This document shows positions 24,728-37,738 of a stretch of 64,000 nucleotides of DNA, in pieces (the stretch's first letter is position 1; each line of letters opens with the position of its first letter). Position numbers and translations under genes: made by a program. Below the pieces are notes generated by a model. That model worked only from the letters and a program-made list of their open reading frames with translations, made no database searches and was not told the DNA's origin. The DNA is taken from assembly GCA_963514005.1 (NCBI GenBank), contig OY740791.1:45818001-45882000 (forward strand), in the 5' to 3' direction. Origin of the DNA: Raja brachyura (lineage: Eukaryota).

Positions 24728-26134
24728 CATAATTAGAGTAGAAGTTGTCATATCTGTTGCTATGGATAGCTGATATCTAACAAATTTAATTATTAATGAA
24801 GTGCCATTTCAACGCATCACTATTGTCTGGGATCTGGCTTTGATGGGGTACTTTGGTCGTTATGGGTTTCTGTTGTGCATGAATCTATGACCCTATGACT
24901 TATGCCATACGGGTACAGACTGCTTCCTTACCCAAGGAATATTGACACTAATCAATATCCTTTGGCAATCAGAAAACTTTCCCCTATGTAGCATTGTAAC
25001 CTATGAACCATCTGTCGTACCCTTCATCGTATCTTGGATGCAAGTGTTTGATACAAGGCCAATGATTTATCCTTCCCTGATTTCACTTAAAATAGTGCTA
25101 TTCAGACGCCATCGTGGATCAATGCAGTCCTTATGCTGGTGGCTCTCCCGTAAGGAATTCCAATACCAACAATTAATATCAGCGAGGGTATGGCAATATA
25201 TACTTAATAGTCTAAGTTCAATATTTAGTAGATATGAAACCAGAAACTGATAAAGTGCCTGAGAAAATATTGTTTTTCAATTAGTACAACTTATAGTTAG
25301 ATCCGGAGCATTGCCTGTAGATTTAATATAATATCAGAACTTGAATGAGATTTTAACCGTAGACACGATAGCAAATACATTGTTTATATTTTACCCAAAG
25401 ACAGCCGTTGAAAGTTTTAACTATACTTGGAGTACTTGCGTCCCACCTTTAACATATGAAAGCTATAGCACTATTGTCAAAATGTAAGTTACTCTGCTAT
25501 TTATTGAAGCCACCAGACAATATAACAATAATATTTCAGCAATGAAGGTACTGTTGACGTGTTTGTTTGAAACTGACCAACAAAGGGAATATGCATTTCG
25601 GGGAATCTTTGGTTATATGTTTAGAAGACACAGAAGAATGCGGGTGCCACAAACCGAAAGGACAAACTATCTGCCGGTTGAACTCAGCGGGTCGAGCAGC
25701 ACCTGTTGAGGTAGCAGGGGGGGGGGGGGGGAGTGGGGGGGGGGGGGAGTGGGGGGGGGGGGGGGTGGAGTGGGAATGTTGACGCTTCAGGTAGAAACCT
25801 TACATCAGGTATTTTTGGTTCGATTCAAAGGCAGAATGAAAGCCTTTTGTCGCTGCATATTGACAGATCGCAACGATTGTAAAGACACGATGAAAGATAC
25901 ACGAAAGCAAGCAAATAAGATTCACAGCAAGTTGAGTTAAGTTCTTTCTACAGACCACGTTCCAGAAATCATGTTTCCATATTTTATCTTTGGGATATTC
26001 ACTGTATTGCAGCTAATGAAAATTCGGTTTTGGTGGGAAATTTCCAGAGTAAGTAAGAACACCCAAAATGCTAAAAGCAATGTCAATTACGCAACAATAA
26101 ATGTAACAAGTCTACGCCAGGTTAAGCAGTTCCT

Positions 26135-26232
26135 GCTTTAAGAAAGGAGCTGAATTGTAATTGGTCGGATATGACTGCTACATTATCCACCAATCAGGAG
26201 GTCGGAGGCGACTGGTGATCTGCACAGCCCCT
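26135..26232 (+). promoter_or_regulatory. Promoter module of variable exon 5
   Basis: GCTTTAAGAAA 26135, ATTGG 26160, CCAAT 26190, then GGTGATCT. Confidence 0.8.
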
Positions 26233-26477
26233 TACAATACCCAGCCGCCATCGCGTCCGATCAGACGCCGTGAACACTGGATAGGCAGCAGCTCCGGACG
26301 GTTTCTGTTTGATTCATTTCGAACTGGATACAACATCAGAACGATTAAATGAAAACATTGGAACAATTCGGAAAGGAGGTACAAACATTATCTGCGTCGT
26401 ATTTGTCTCATTTAAATCAAATCGCTGAGGAAAGGTGTTGGCTCGGGTTCAAACCATTGGAATGATTTCTACTGGAA

Positions 26478-28925
26478 ATGAGAGATAATATATATTGGCT
26501 GTTCAAATACCGACTATTGTGCTGCTTTTTCTGCTCCTGGGACCTTGTTTCTGGGCAGATTCGATATTCGATTCCCGAGGAATTACAACTGGGTGCCTTT
26601 GTTGGGAATATCGCAATTGATTTGGGGTTAGATTTAAAGCAGCTCCCGGCTCGCAGTTTGCGGGTGGCACCAGGACTGGAGAAGCGGTATGTTGACCTAA
26701 ATTTAGCAAAAGGTGTTTTATTTGTGAATGAGAGAATCGACAGAGAGCAGCTTTGCGGGCCGAGCATCGATTGCATTTTACCCCTGAACGTCGTGCTTGA
26801 AAATCCCCTCAGTCTTCACCAGGTGGAAGTGGAGATTCTCGATGTAAATGACAACGCACCCAGTTTTCCCAAAAGCCAGATACGTCTTGAAATCTCAGAG
26901 AATATGGCACCGGGAGCGCGATTCCCCCTCGAGCCCGCTCACGATCCGGACATTGGGACGAACTCCTTGCAGGCGTATCAGCTCATTCCCAATGATTATT
27001 TCATTCTTGATGTACAAGAACGTGCTAGGATAGGAGACTTACCCGTGTTAGTGCTGCAGCGGGCCCTGGATAGAGAAACCATATCGATCCATAAATTAAC
27101 GGTGCTTGCTGAAGACGGCGGAGTCCCTCTAAGATCAGGTATGGTTCAGGTAACTGTTAGAGTGAAGGACGCGAACGACAATCCCCCTGTTTTCTCACAA
27201 GCAGTTTATAGTGTCAGTCTGCTGGAATCGACTCCCACAGGAAGTCTGATTATTAAGTTAAATGCCACTGATTTGGACGATGGCCCTAATGGTAAGATAA
27301 CATATTCCTTCAGCAGCCATAATTCTGCTGACGTTCGCGAATTAGTTGCCGTGAATTCTCAATCTGGTGAAATCAGACTGAAAGGATATTTGGACTTTGA
27401 ACAAAGCAAAACCTTTGTGATTAATATGGAAGCAACCGATCATGGTTCTCCTTCAATGTCTCAACATTGTGATGTGTTGGTGGATGTTATCGATGTTAAT
27501 GACAATGCACCTGATGTGTCATTGACATCCATGTCCAGTGCAGTGGCTGAAAATGCTCCGATCGGAACCATTGTCGCCCTTCTCAGCGCAAAAGATAAGG
27601 ATTCTGGACAGAACGGACAAGTAAAATGTCAAATTCCGAATAAAGCCGCATTTAAGCTGGAAACATCAGTGAGGAATAGTTGGAAACTGCTTGTACAACA
27701 CGGGCTGGATCGTGAAACTATCCCCAGGTATGACATCGTTGTGACATGCACGGATGCAGGGGACCCACCGCTCACAACCAAGAAAAATATCCATGTAGAT
27801 GTTTCTGATGTAAATGATAACGCACCGAGATTTACGCAGGCTGCATACACGGCAAATGTCATGGAAAATAACGTTATTGGGGATTCCATATTCTCCCTCA
27901 CGGCCGACGATCCAGACACGGGACAAAACGCCCGATTAAACTTTACAATCTTTAATTCAGTTGTGGCCTCGTATGTCTCCATTGACTCACAAAATGGTGT
28001 CATATTTGCTCAGAAATCATTTGACTACGAACAATTGAAAAACTTCCAGATCCATGTATTGGTGCGGGATTCTGGAGACCCACCACTGTCCAGTGACGTT
28101 ACAGTGAACGTTGTTATCCTCGATCAGAACGATAACGCTCCAGTGATCGTGAATCCTTTGCCAGAGCATGGGAAAACTGTAATGGAGACAATATCGAGGT
28201 TTGCAGAGCCTGGGTACCTAGTTGCCAAGGTATCCGCTACTGACCACGACTCCGGTCAGAATGCCCGTCTGACTTATCATGTTTTTCAGGCCACCCACCG
28301 TAATCTTTTTACTATTTCAGAGGACACAGGGGAAATTTGGACCATCCGTGGCATTGAGACAAAGGATCCACCTGAACAAAGGCTGGTGATTGTTGTAAAA
28401 GATAATGGAATCCCGTCACTTTCAGCCACAGTTACCATTGTTCTATCTGTGAAAGGAGGCGACACGATATCCAGTGCCACCAGTCTTGCTAAAGATCACG
28501 TCTTCGCTCCAGATTTTAACCTTTCCTTGGTCATAGCTTTAGGAACGACATCTACCATTTGCCTCGTGATTTTAATTATCCTGGCTGTTAAGGTTTATAA
28601 AAACAGAAATGGCGTGGAACGTCAATATGGTTCCCTGAACGTCTGCTGTTGTTTGGAGTCAAGGAGTTCTCTGAATGGGATTCAAAATGCCAGCAGAAGC
28701 CTTCAAATACCACCGAACTACGTTGAGGTATTCGGAGGGGATCCGCTTTCTCAGAGTTACCGTTATGAGTCTTGTTCAACGTTGCAATCTGCGAAGAGAG
28801 ATTTAAGGACTACTCAAACGTACGGGCTATCTACAGCAATGGATTATATCCCGGAAAAAACGATTGGCAAAGAGAACCCAGGAATGTTAAGTTCTGAAAA
28901 CTCCAATTGCCTTGTGAATAACGAG
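26478..28925 (+). CDS. Clustered protocadherin variable exon 5; 816 codons
   Basis: ORF 26478..28949; donor GAG|GTGAGT, GT at 28926. Confidence 0.96.
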
Positions 28926-30033
28926 GTGAGTTATTTCAACGAAACATAAATAATTGGGTTGTAAACTCTGGCCATTGCAACTTCATTACACGTTGTGCCG
29001 TGGTGGAGGGGGGGGGGGGGGGGGGGGTCTATGGTCGACTGGTAAGAGTACGTTTAGCTTAACTGATTGGTGTGAGGTCAAGGGATTTGACTTGGTTAAT
29101 ATCAAGGGGCAATGGTGTGTTGAAGACTGAAGACATGACGGGAATATGTAGTGCTGTCAATGCCCTGCCGCTGTTGTTCTTTCACAATGAGAAAATGAGA
29201 CATTGGAAATACTTCTGAAATATCAGCGATTTATGGCAGTGTGGTCTATGGCAGACTACATTAATATCTAAAGTACTCTTTGTTAAGGTAATTATTCTGT
29301 AAACATTTTTCTGGAGAGTATTTTACTTTCTGAGATTTTTTGTCACCTGTCGAGGCAAATAGATGGTATTCCACGGTGGTTTGGATTACCGCCATCTTAG
29401 TCGTAGAGAGCCTGTGTAGTGTCCCTAAAGTCCAAAGAAACACGCATGTAGTCTGCAGTCGCAACCAAAGTATGTATGTGGTCAGTCAAAAATGTTTGTG
29501 CTAAACAGGAGACATAAATAAATAATGCAACATGTTTTTTCTTTGTGATTTGCTTATGCACTTACATTTCTGGGTTGGACATTTTTCGTTGAGATTCTGA
29601 GGAAGCATCAGTGGGATATCCAGTGCATTCTGTGGAGGTCAGAATGAAATTTGAAGGCATTTTATTCACCGATAATCAAGTTGAAAGCTTGACCATGGCT
29701 AATGTTGAGCATACCACATGTTGTTGGATTTATATATCCAGGCATTTGTAAAATAACCAAATCAAAATATTGCTTGCCAATTTCCAAGTGGTGGAAAAGC
29801 AGGGATGCTTATCGTCGCTCAAACCACCATGACTGATGCCCTGTCAAGTCTAGAAAAACAAATGTAGATAATTTAGCAGTTTCCAACATCCGGTGAAACC
29901 ATGTTGTGCGATGTGAATTTAATAATGGCAGGAAGACATCATTAGAGTTGAAGTTGGCCTATCTGTTACCAGGGATAGCTCTTTTCTACCAATTTTCATT
30001 GTGCCATCTCAACGCATCACCATTGTCTGGGAT

Positions 30034-30189
30034 GTAGACACAAAATGCTGGAGTAACTCAGCGGGACAGGCAGCATCTCTGGAGAGAAGGAATGTGTGAC
30101 GTTTCGGGTCGAAAACCATCTTCAGACTGATTTATTTCAACATTATGTGTCTACCTTCGATTTAATCCAGCATCCGAAGTTATTTCCTG
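30034..30189. mobile_element. Short Penelope-derived element with a hammerhead-like core on the minus strand
   Basis: GTAGACACAAAATGCTGGAGTAACTCAGCGGGACAGGCAGCATCTCTGGAG...GACGTTTCGGGTCG...CTTCAG. Imperfect 16-bp flanking duplication at 30018-30033 / 30190-30205. Absent from paralogous spacers. Confidence 0.75.
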
Positions 30190-31521
30190 CACTATTGGCT
30201 GTGATCTGGCTTAGATGGGGCACCTTATCATTATGGGCTTCTGTACTGCAGGAATATTTGACCCTGTTACTTATTCCATATGGGTACGGTTGGTCTTCGT
30301 CTAAGGAATCAAGGATTCAATACCATATGGAATCAGTAAGCTTTCCCCAATGTAACATTGGATTTGCATTTAACAGGTGTCTTCTCCATGTATTTAGCAT
30401 GTATGGCGGGACCCAAACTGAGTTCCTATGAATTACTGCACTGAAGCCATGATTTTAGAATCAGCAGTTTTCAACCATCTGTCTTACCCTTTTTCCTATC
30501 TTGGATGCATGTGTTTTATGCAAGACCAATGTATTGTCCATTCCTAATCCCCTTGAAATAGTGCTGTTCAGACCCCTTCGTGAACCAGTGCAGTCCTTGT
30601 GCTGATGGCTCTCCTGTAAGGAATTCCAATACCAACAATTAGTAACAGCGAGCAAGTGGTAATATATAATTACTAGTCCAAGTTCAACATTTAGAAGATA
30701 TGAAAAACAGAAAATGTAAAAGTAGTTGAGAAAAAATTGTTTTTCAATGAGTACAACTTCGATCCTGAGCACTCTGTAGATTTAATATAATATCCGAACT
30801 AGAAGGAGATTTTAACCGTAGACACGGTAGCAAATACATGGTTTACATTTTAACCAAAGACGTCCACGTTGAAAGTTTAACTTTAGAAAGAGTTCTTGCG
30901 TGCTTCCCTTAAAATATGAAAAACGAATGTACTATTGTTAATATATAAGTTACTCTGCTATTTATTGAACCCACCAGACAACATAAAAAGAACGTTGCAC
31001 ATATGGCGGGTTTGTTTGAAACTGACCAACAAATAGGATATACATTTCGGTGAATCTTTGGTTATACGTTTTGAATACGCAGAAGACTGCGGGCGCTAGA
31101 AACCGAAACAACAAACGATCTGCTGGATGAACTCAGCGGATCGTGCAGCACCTGTTGAGGGAGGGGGGGGGGGGGGGGGGGGTGGGGTTGGAATGTCGAC
31201 GGTTCAGGTCGGAAACATGTATCAGCTGTTTTTTGTTCTATTCAAAGGCAGATTGACGGCGTTTTGTCACTATTGACATATCGCCACGACTGTAAAGGCA
31301 CGATGGGGTTACACGAAATTAGATTCGCCGCAAGTTGAGTTCATTTCTTGCTTCTGCTCACATTCCTAAAATCATAAGTTTCCATATTTCATCTTTAAGG
31401 TATTCATTTTATTGCAGTTCATGAGTATTCGGTTTTGGTGGTAACTAAGAGCATCCAAAATGCTAAAAGCAACTTCAATTGCGCAGCAATAAATGTATCT
31501 GCGCCAAATTAAGCACTTCTT

Positions 31522-31619
31522 GCTTTAAGAAATGAGCTGAATTGTAATTGGTCGGATATGACTGCTACGTTATCCACCAATCAGGAGGTCGGAGGCGACT
31601 GGTGATCTGCACAGCCCCT
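31522..31619 (+). promoter_or_regulatory. Promoter module of variable exon 6
   Basis: GCTTTAAGAAA 31522, ATTGG 31547, CCAAT 31577, then GGTGATCT. Confidence 0.8.
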
Positions 31620-31864
31620 TACAATACCCAGCCGCCATCGCGTCCGATCAGACGCCGTGAACACTGGATAGGCAGCAGCTCCGGACGGTTTCTGTTTGAC
31701 TCATTTCGAACTAGATACAACATCAGAACGATTAAATGAAAACATTGGAACAATTCGCAAAGGAGGTAGAGACATTTTCTGCGTCGTGTTTGTCTCATTT
31801 AAATCAAATCGCTGTCGAGAGGTATTGTCCAGGATTCAAACCATTCGAATGATTTCTACTGGAA

Positions 31865-34312
31865 ATGAGAGATAATATATATTGGCTGCTCAAATACCGA
31901 CTATTTTGCTGCTTTTTCTGCCGCTGGGACCTTGTTTCTGGGCAGATTCGATATTCGGTACCAGAGGAATTGCAAGTGGGTGCCTTTGTTGGGAATATCG
32001 CAATTGATTTGGGATTGGATTTAAAGGAGCTCTCGGCTCGCAGAACACGAGTGGCGCCCAGCCCGAGGAAGCGGTATGTTGACGTAAATTTGCAGAATGG
32101 GGCTTTATTTGTGAATGAAAGAATCGACAGGGAGCTGTTTTGCGGGCCGAGCATAGAATGCATTTTACCCTTGAATATCGTACTTGAAAATCCCCTCGGT
32201 CTTCACCAGGTGGAAGTGGAGATACTCGATGTAAATGACAACGCTCCCAGTTTCCCCAAAAGCCAGATCCGTCTTGAAATCTCAGAGAATATGGCACCGG
32301 GAGCGCGATTCCGCCTCGAGGCCGCTCACGATCCGGACATTGGGACGAACTCCTTGCAGACTTACCAGCTCCTCCCCAATGAGTATTTTATTCTTGATGT
32401 ACAAGAACGTGTTAGGGTAGGAATTACACCGGTGTTAGTGCTGCAGAGGGCTCTGGACAGAGAAACGACATCGACCCATGACATAACGGTGCTTGCTGAA
32501 GACGGCGGTGTCCCTGTAAGATCGGGTACGGTCCAGGTAACCGTCAGAGTAAAGGACGCGAACGACAATCCTCCCGTTTTCCCGCAAGCGGTTTATAGTG
32601 TCAGTATGGTGGAATCGGCTCGCATAGGAAATCTGATTATTAAGTTAAACGCCACCGATTTGGACGATGGCCCTAATGGAGAGATAACATATTCCCTCAC
32701 CAATCATAACTCTGCTGACGTTCGTGAATTAGTTGGCGTGAATTCGAAAACTGGTGAAATCAGGCTGAAAGGACATTTGGACTTTGAACAAAGCAAAACC
32801 TTTGTGATTAATATAGAAGCAACCGATCATGGTTCTCCTTCAATGTCTCAACACTGTGATGTGTTGGTGGACGTTATCGATGTGAATGACAATGCCCCTG
32901 AATTGTCATTGACATCTATGTCCAGTGCCGTTGCAGAAAATGCTCCAATCGGAACAATTGTCGCCCTTCTCAGCGTAGAAGATAAAGATTCTGGACAAAG
33001 CGGGCAAGTACAATGTCAAATTCCAAGTCAACTACCCTTTCAGCTGGAATCATCTGTGAAGAATAATTGGAAACTCCTTATACAACAAGGACTGGACCGA
33101 GAAACGAACTCGGGGTATGACATCACTGTGACATGCGCGGATGCAGGGGACCCACCGCTCACATCTCAGAAAGATATCCGTGTCGATGTTTCTGATGTAA
33201 ATGATAACGCACCGAAGTTTACGCAGGCTGCATACACGGCAAATGTCATGGAGAATAACGTTATTGGGTATTCCATATTCGCCCTCACTGCCTATGATCT
33301 AGACAGGGGACAGAACGCCCGACTAAACTTTACAATCCTGAATTCAGTCGTGGCCTCATATGTCTCCATTGACTCACAAAATGGTGTCATTTTTGCTCAA
33401 AAATCATTTGACTACGAACAATTGAAACATTTCCAAATCCATGTAATGGTGCTGGATTGTGGAGTCCCAACGCTCTCCAGTAACGTTACAGTAGACGTTG
33501 TTATCCTCGATCAAAACGATAACGCCCCAGTGATCGTGAATCCTTTGCCCGAGCATGGGTCAACTGTAATGGAGACAATATCCAGGTTTGCAGAGCCAGG
33601 ATACCTAGTTGCCAAGGTATCCGCTATTGATGCCGACTCCGGTCAGAATGCCCGTCTGATTTATCATGTTTTTCACGCCACCCACCATAATCTTTTTACT
33701 ATTTCAGAGGACACGGGGGAAATTTGGACCATCCGTGGTATTGAGACCAAGGATGCATCGAAACAAAGGCTGGTGATTGTTGTAAATGATAATGGAATCC
33801 CATCGCTTTCAGCCACAGTGACCATTGTACTATTTATGGAAGGAAGCGACACGATATCCAGTGCCACCAGTCTTTCTAAAGATCACGTGTTCTCTCCAGA
33901 TATGAACCTTTCCTTGGTCATAGCGTTAGGGACAACATCTATAATTTTCCTCGTGATTTTAATTATCCTTGCTCTTATGGTTCATAAAAATAGAAATGGT
34001 GTAGTACGCCATTACAGTTCTCTGAACGTCTGCTGCTGTTTAGAATCAAGGAGTTCTCTGAATGGGGTACAAAAGGCCAGCAAAAGCCTTCACTTACCAC
34101 CAAACTACGTTGAGGTATTCGGAGGTGATCCGCTTTCTCAGAGTTACCGTTACGAGTCTTGTTCAACGTTGCAGTCTGCCAAGAGAGATTTAAGGACCCC
34201 TCAGACATGTGGCCTATCTACAGCAATGGGGTATGTCCAGAAAAACCCTATTGGAAAGGAGGACCCAGGAATGATAAGTTCTGAAAACTCCAACTTTCGT
34301 GTGAATAACGAG
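31865..34312 (+). CDS. Clustered protocadherin variable exon 6; 816 codons
   Basis: ORF 31865..34567; donor GAG|GTGAGT, GT at 34313. The last 84 aa of the ORF are intronic. Confidence 0.96.
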
Positions 34313-35409
34313 GTGAGTTTGTTCAAAAAGAAACATAATTGGGCTGGGAACTGGGCCAAATACATTTATTTGGACTTAATTAATATCTATGTCATAAATG
34401 ATTTCCAGATGCCAGGTATTGTACGTGAAATATGCAGTGTCTTTATGATTATGTGTAACGCTACTGCATTGCTACAACAGGTGTACCAAGTGTCAACGAA
34501 GTGCAAATTATTCACTTCCGATTTTCTAGCCCAATTTAAGTTCATTGAAATGCTCAGTACGTGTTAATATTGGCCCACGATTTTTACAAATTTCGTTTTA
34601 CCTATCTTTAGAGAAACTACGAACATGCTTGTTGTGAATATATATATCCTCGGCTGATTACACCGCCTCGTAATTGAAATCCAAAGATAAATGTAGATGT
34701 TGGGAAGTTGAAATGTAAAAAAACAATTGAATATACTGGAAACACAACAGTATATGTGAAGTGAGAAACAAGAGTCCACGTTTCTTGTGGATTACCTTAA
34801 ATCAGCACTCGGTGAAATGTAATCAATGTGAAAATTTACATTTTGTTTTTTCCCCATCGGTGCTGCTGGACCTGAAGAGTATTTCCTTATTGTTTACTTT
34901 CCCATTTCACGTCGCCCTGTACCGTTAAGCTTCAAGCGAGTTGCAGGAGATGTGATCTTAGATGAGTTTAGCATTTAATAGTTATTAATATATAATTTTG
35001 AGGATTTGAAGAAATATCCGAAATAAATAGTAATTAAGAACTGGTGAACTGATTCCATTCTTCTGCGGAAGAAAATTCTCCCCAGTTTGGAGAGAACATA
35101 TGTTGGGGGTAGTAGTCCATTCCACGAATGCATACAGTATATTGCTCAAATTTTATGTTACCTAGACGATGTAGTTATTTTAATCGAATCAGGCAAGGTG
35201 TTTATTTCCTGTGAACAAATGCATTAAAAAAAAGAAATGTGTCTATTGACAAGAAAAAAGACAAATGTTAGTTCCAAGACCTAAACGAAAAGTTTATATG
35301 CAAGTAGATCTTTATCACCTGGATTTCTGTATCAATTTGTATACTTTAAAAGCTTACATGACAAAAAAATTCTGATTGAAGTAAGTAACGGTGTTTTTAA
35401 TTAGGAGAC

Positions 35410-35625
35410 AGAGCGGATAGACGGATTGAACCCTTTGCCAGGATAGAGGATAGAGGGCATCGCTTTCTCCTGAGAAGGGAAAAGTTTAAAGGAGATGTGA
35501 GGGGCGAGTTTTTTCTTTACACGGGGAGTAGTGGGTGCCAGCGCTCAGCCAGGAGTGGTGGTGGAGGCAGTTACGATTGTGATTTTAAAAGGCTTTTGGA
35601 TAGGACTGTTTCTATGCTGTACCTT
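35410..35625 (+). mobile_element. Degenerate CR1 3' fragment
   Basis: AGAGGGCAT..CTTT...GGGAAAAGTTTAAAGGAGATGTGAGGGGCGAGTTTTTT..ACAC...GTAGTGGGTGCC, the pattern of a CR1 ORF2 end. Confidence 0.65.
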
Positions 35626-36552
35626 TTTGTAGAACACCGCTGACTATGATCTATGTTCACATCTGTCCATTGCACAATGATGTTCTAGCTTTAGGAGAAA
35701 AAACAAAATGGTCACAAGGAAACAATCACCAGGATATTGTAATGCTTTCCATTCTATTGCATCGGCATGTCAGCTGGAAAGACAATTCAGTGTTAATGTT
35801 CAAAGCAAATATACTGACAGTAAGGTGGATATTTAGGGTACGAGTATATCTGTGAATTGTTGCAAATGGTAGAAGACAGTACATATTCTGGGAAAGCATT
35901 ATAAAGAAAAGCCTGAATCACGAATATAATGATTTTTTGAGAGATGTAACTACATTAGAATAAAGTGATGGGTTGTATTTACATAGATATTTTCCGTGGA
36001 TTTTTGACAACAATCCACTTTGGTAATTAATTGTGGTGGTAATTAATGCTATCTCGATGAAACGACAATTGGCTTAGTGTAGCGGGATACTGGTTGCTGC
36101 TAATTATCCCCTGTGGAAACTTTCAACGATATATCCGTGAGTCTTAAGCAATAATTCCTCGCGGTATGGTGTTACTTTACGTGGCCATAAAATCTTATGG
36201 GGATGTGTAGAGAGTATATAAGTACTTTCCACCTGTAAGATGCCTAGATTCCACATATGAAATGTGGAAAATGTATATTTATAACTCATAATAACAGACA
36301 CATAATTATATTTCATCCAGAAGTACAATGATTTCCCATGGCTTAGATTTTTAAAAAAGCTTTAGTGGAAGTGTTCATACCATGGTAGCCTGACAGCAAT
36401 AGACCAATATAAAATGACTAACCTCACAAATTCATAATTAATGTGTATTTGTATCGTCCAAGATGGTACAGCTAAAAGAAGTTGGACAAACCTGGACTCT
36501 TTTCTTTAAAACGCCAGAGACTGAAAGGAGAACTAATATTAAAAAAAAATAA

Positions 36553-37738
36553 ATTACTGCTGGGCCCCGTTCCCCCAACACAATATTCCACCACTCACCC
36601 GTTCCCCCAACGCAACCCGTTTTCCCAACACAATATTCCACCACTCACCCATAACCCACAAACTGCGCAGGCGCGGCTTATTTCCCCTCATCCCCCAACA
36701 CTCCCTCCCCCTCCTCTTTACACGCCCTCTTCTCTCCCCTCTGCTCATCCCCTCCACCCCTCCCTCACCTCTTCCTCCCTCTTCTTTCCCCTATCCTCAG
36801 TCACTCCCTCCATAACCCCTCTCCCCTCCCTACCCCCCTTGATGTCATTGTGAGGTGGAAACTGCTGTTTTGTTTTTTTATGTAAATGAGATACCATTGT
36901 GATATCATTGTGGGGTGGAGCACTGCTGACGGGCAGTTTATGTAAACGAGATCCCATTGTCACGTCATAGCTGCTAACTGCCACTGCAACTTCAAATCAT
37001 TTTTCTCAAATTGGATTTTGCAAAGTTGAAAATGTGAATAAATTGTAAAATACAGAATACTGTCAATCTGAACAAAAGTTGATGCCACACCCCACAGGAC
37101 AATGTGAGTAAGGTGTCACAAAAATGTAGCGCTATCGTGTACCATTACTCACAGACAGACACAAATGAAAACAGACAGACTCACAAACAAACAAGATGAG
37201 TGTTTTAGTAATATATACAAGGCCAAGTGGGACCCGTTGGGTCCCTGTCACACGGTAGGCCTTGTCCCCAAACACAATATTCCACCACTCACCCACAGCC
37301 CCCACGGTAGACCTGGTTCCACAAGGCAACCCGTTCTCCAAGGCAATATTCTACCACTCACCCGTTTTCCCAACGGGAGGCCTGGTCCACCAACGCAACC
37401 CGTTTCCCAAGGCAATACTCTTTCTCTCTCTCTCCTTGTCTGTATCTCGGGAGTGGTGGTGGAGAAGGCTGAGTGGGTGGGGGGGGGGGGGGGGGTACGG
37501 GGGAAGGCGGTGTGGGGGCTGGCCGGTGGGGGGTGGGGAACCTTCAAAACCTTCATAACTTTTGTAATATTTCACCAATCAGAACAAAACTTATTTGACT
37601 TGCAGCAGATGAGAATGGTGAGTAAGGTGGCCAAAAATCATAACGCTATGGGGGATCGTTTGGCGCACGTTTAATTACAACGCAGACAGGAAGTGGCCAA
37701 GATGAGAGTTTTAGTGATATCAGTGATAGATAGATAGA
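36553..37738 (-). mobile_element. Two tandem or nested non-autonomous Helitrons, same family as 18280-19596
   Basis: Shared subrepeat CGCAACCCGTT..CCAAC.CAATATTCCACCACTCACCC. Perfect hairpin GGGACCC-GTT-GGGTCCC at 37229-37245 after CAAG (mutated CTAG). CAAGATGAG.GTTTTAGT termini near 37192 and 37700. Confidence 0.75.

Larger units (their letters stand above)
4898..34365 (+). repeat. Five-copy tandem segmental duplication (upstream spacer + promoter + variable exon) that produced exons 2-6
   Basis: Homologous non-coding blocks recur after about 4900, 11240, 17260, 23780 and 28975, e.g. GAGTGAGTTCAAG..GACTTGGTT..TATTCAAG, GCAGTCGCAGC.AAAGTATG and GAATCAAAATAT. Leaders are near-identical and the proteins are closely similar. 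Confidence 0.9.

Noticed and set aside
34313-34567. Long C-terminal extensions of the exon 6 ORF (900 aa) and exon 3 ORF (856 aa)
   Set aside because: They lie beyond the conserved GAG|GTGAG donor and are not conserved among paralogs, so they are intron read-through.
36482-37674. Pro/Gly-rich ORFs of 70-170 aa
   Set aside because: They are translations of low-complexity C/G tracts inside Helitron and CR1 remnants.
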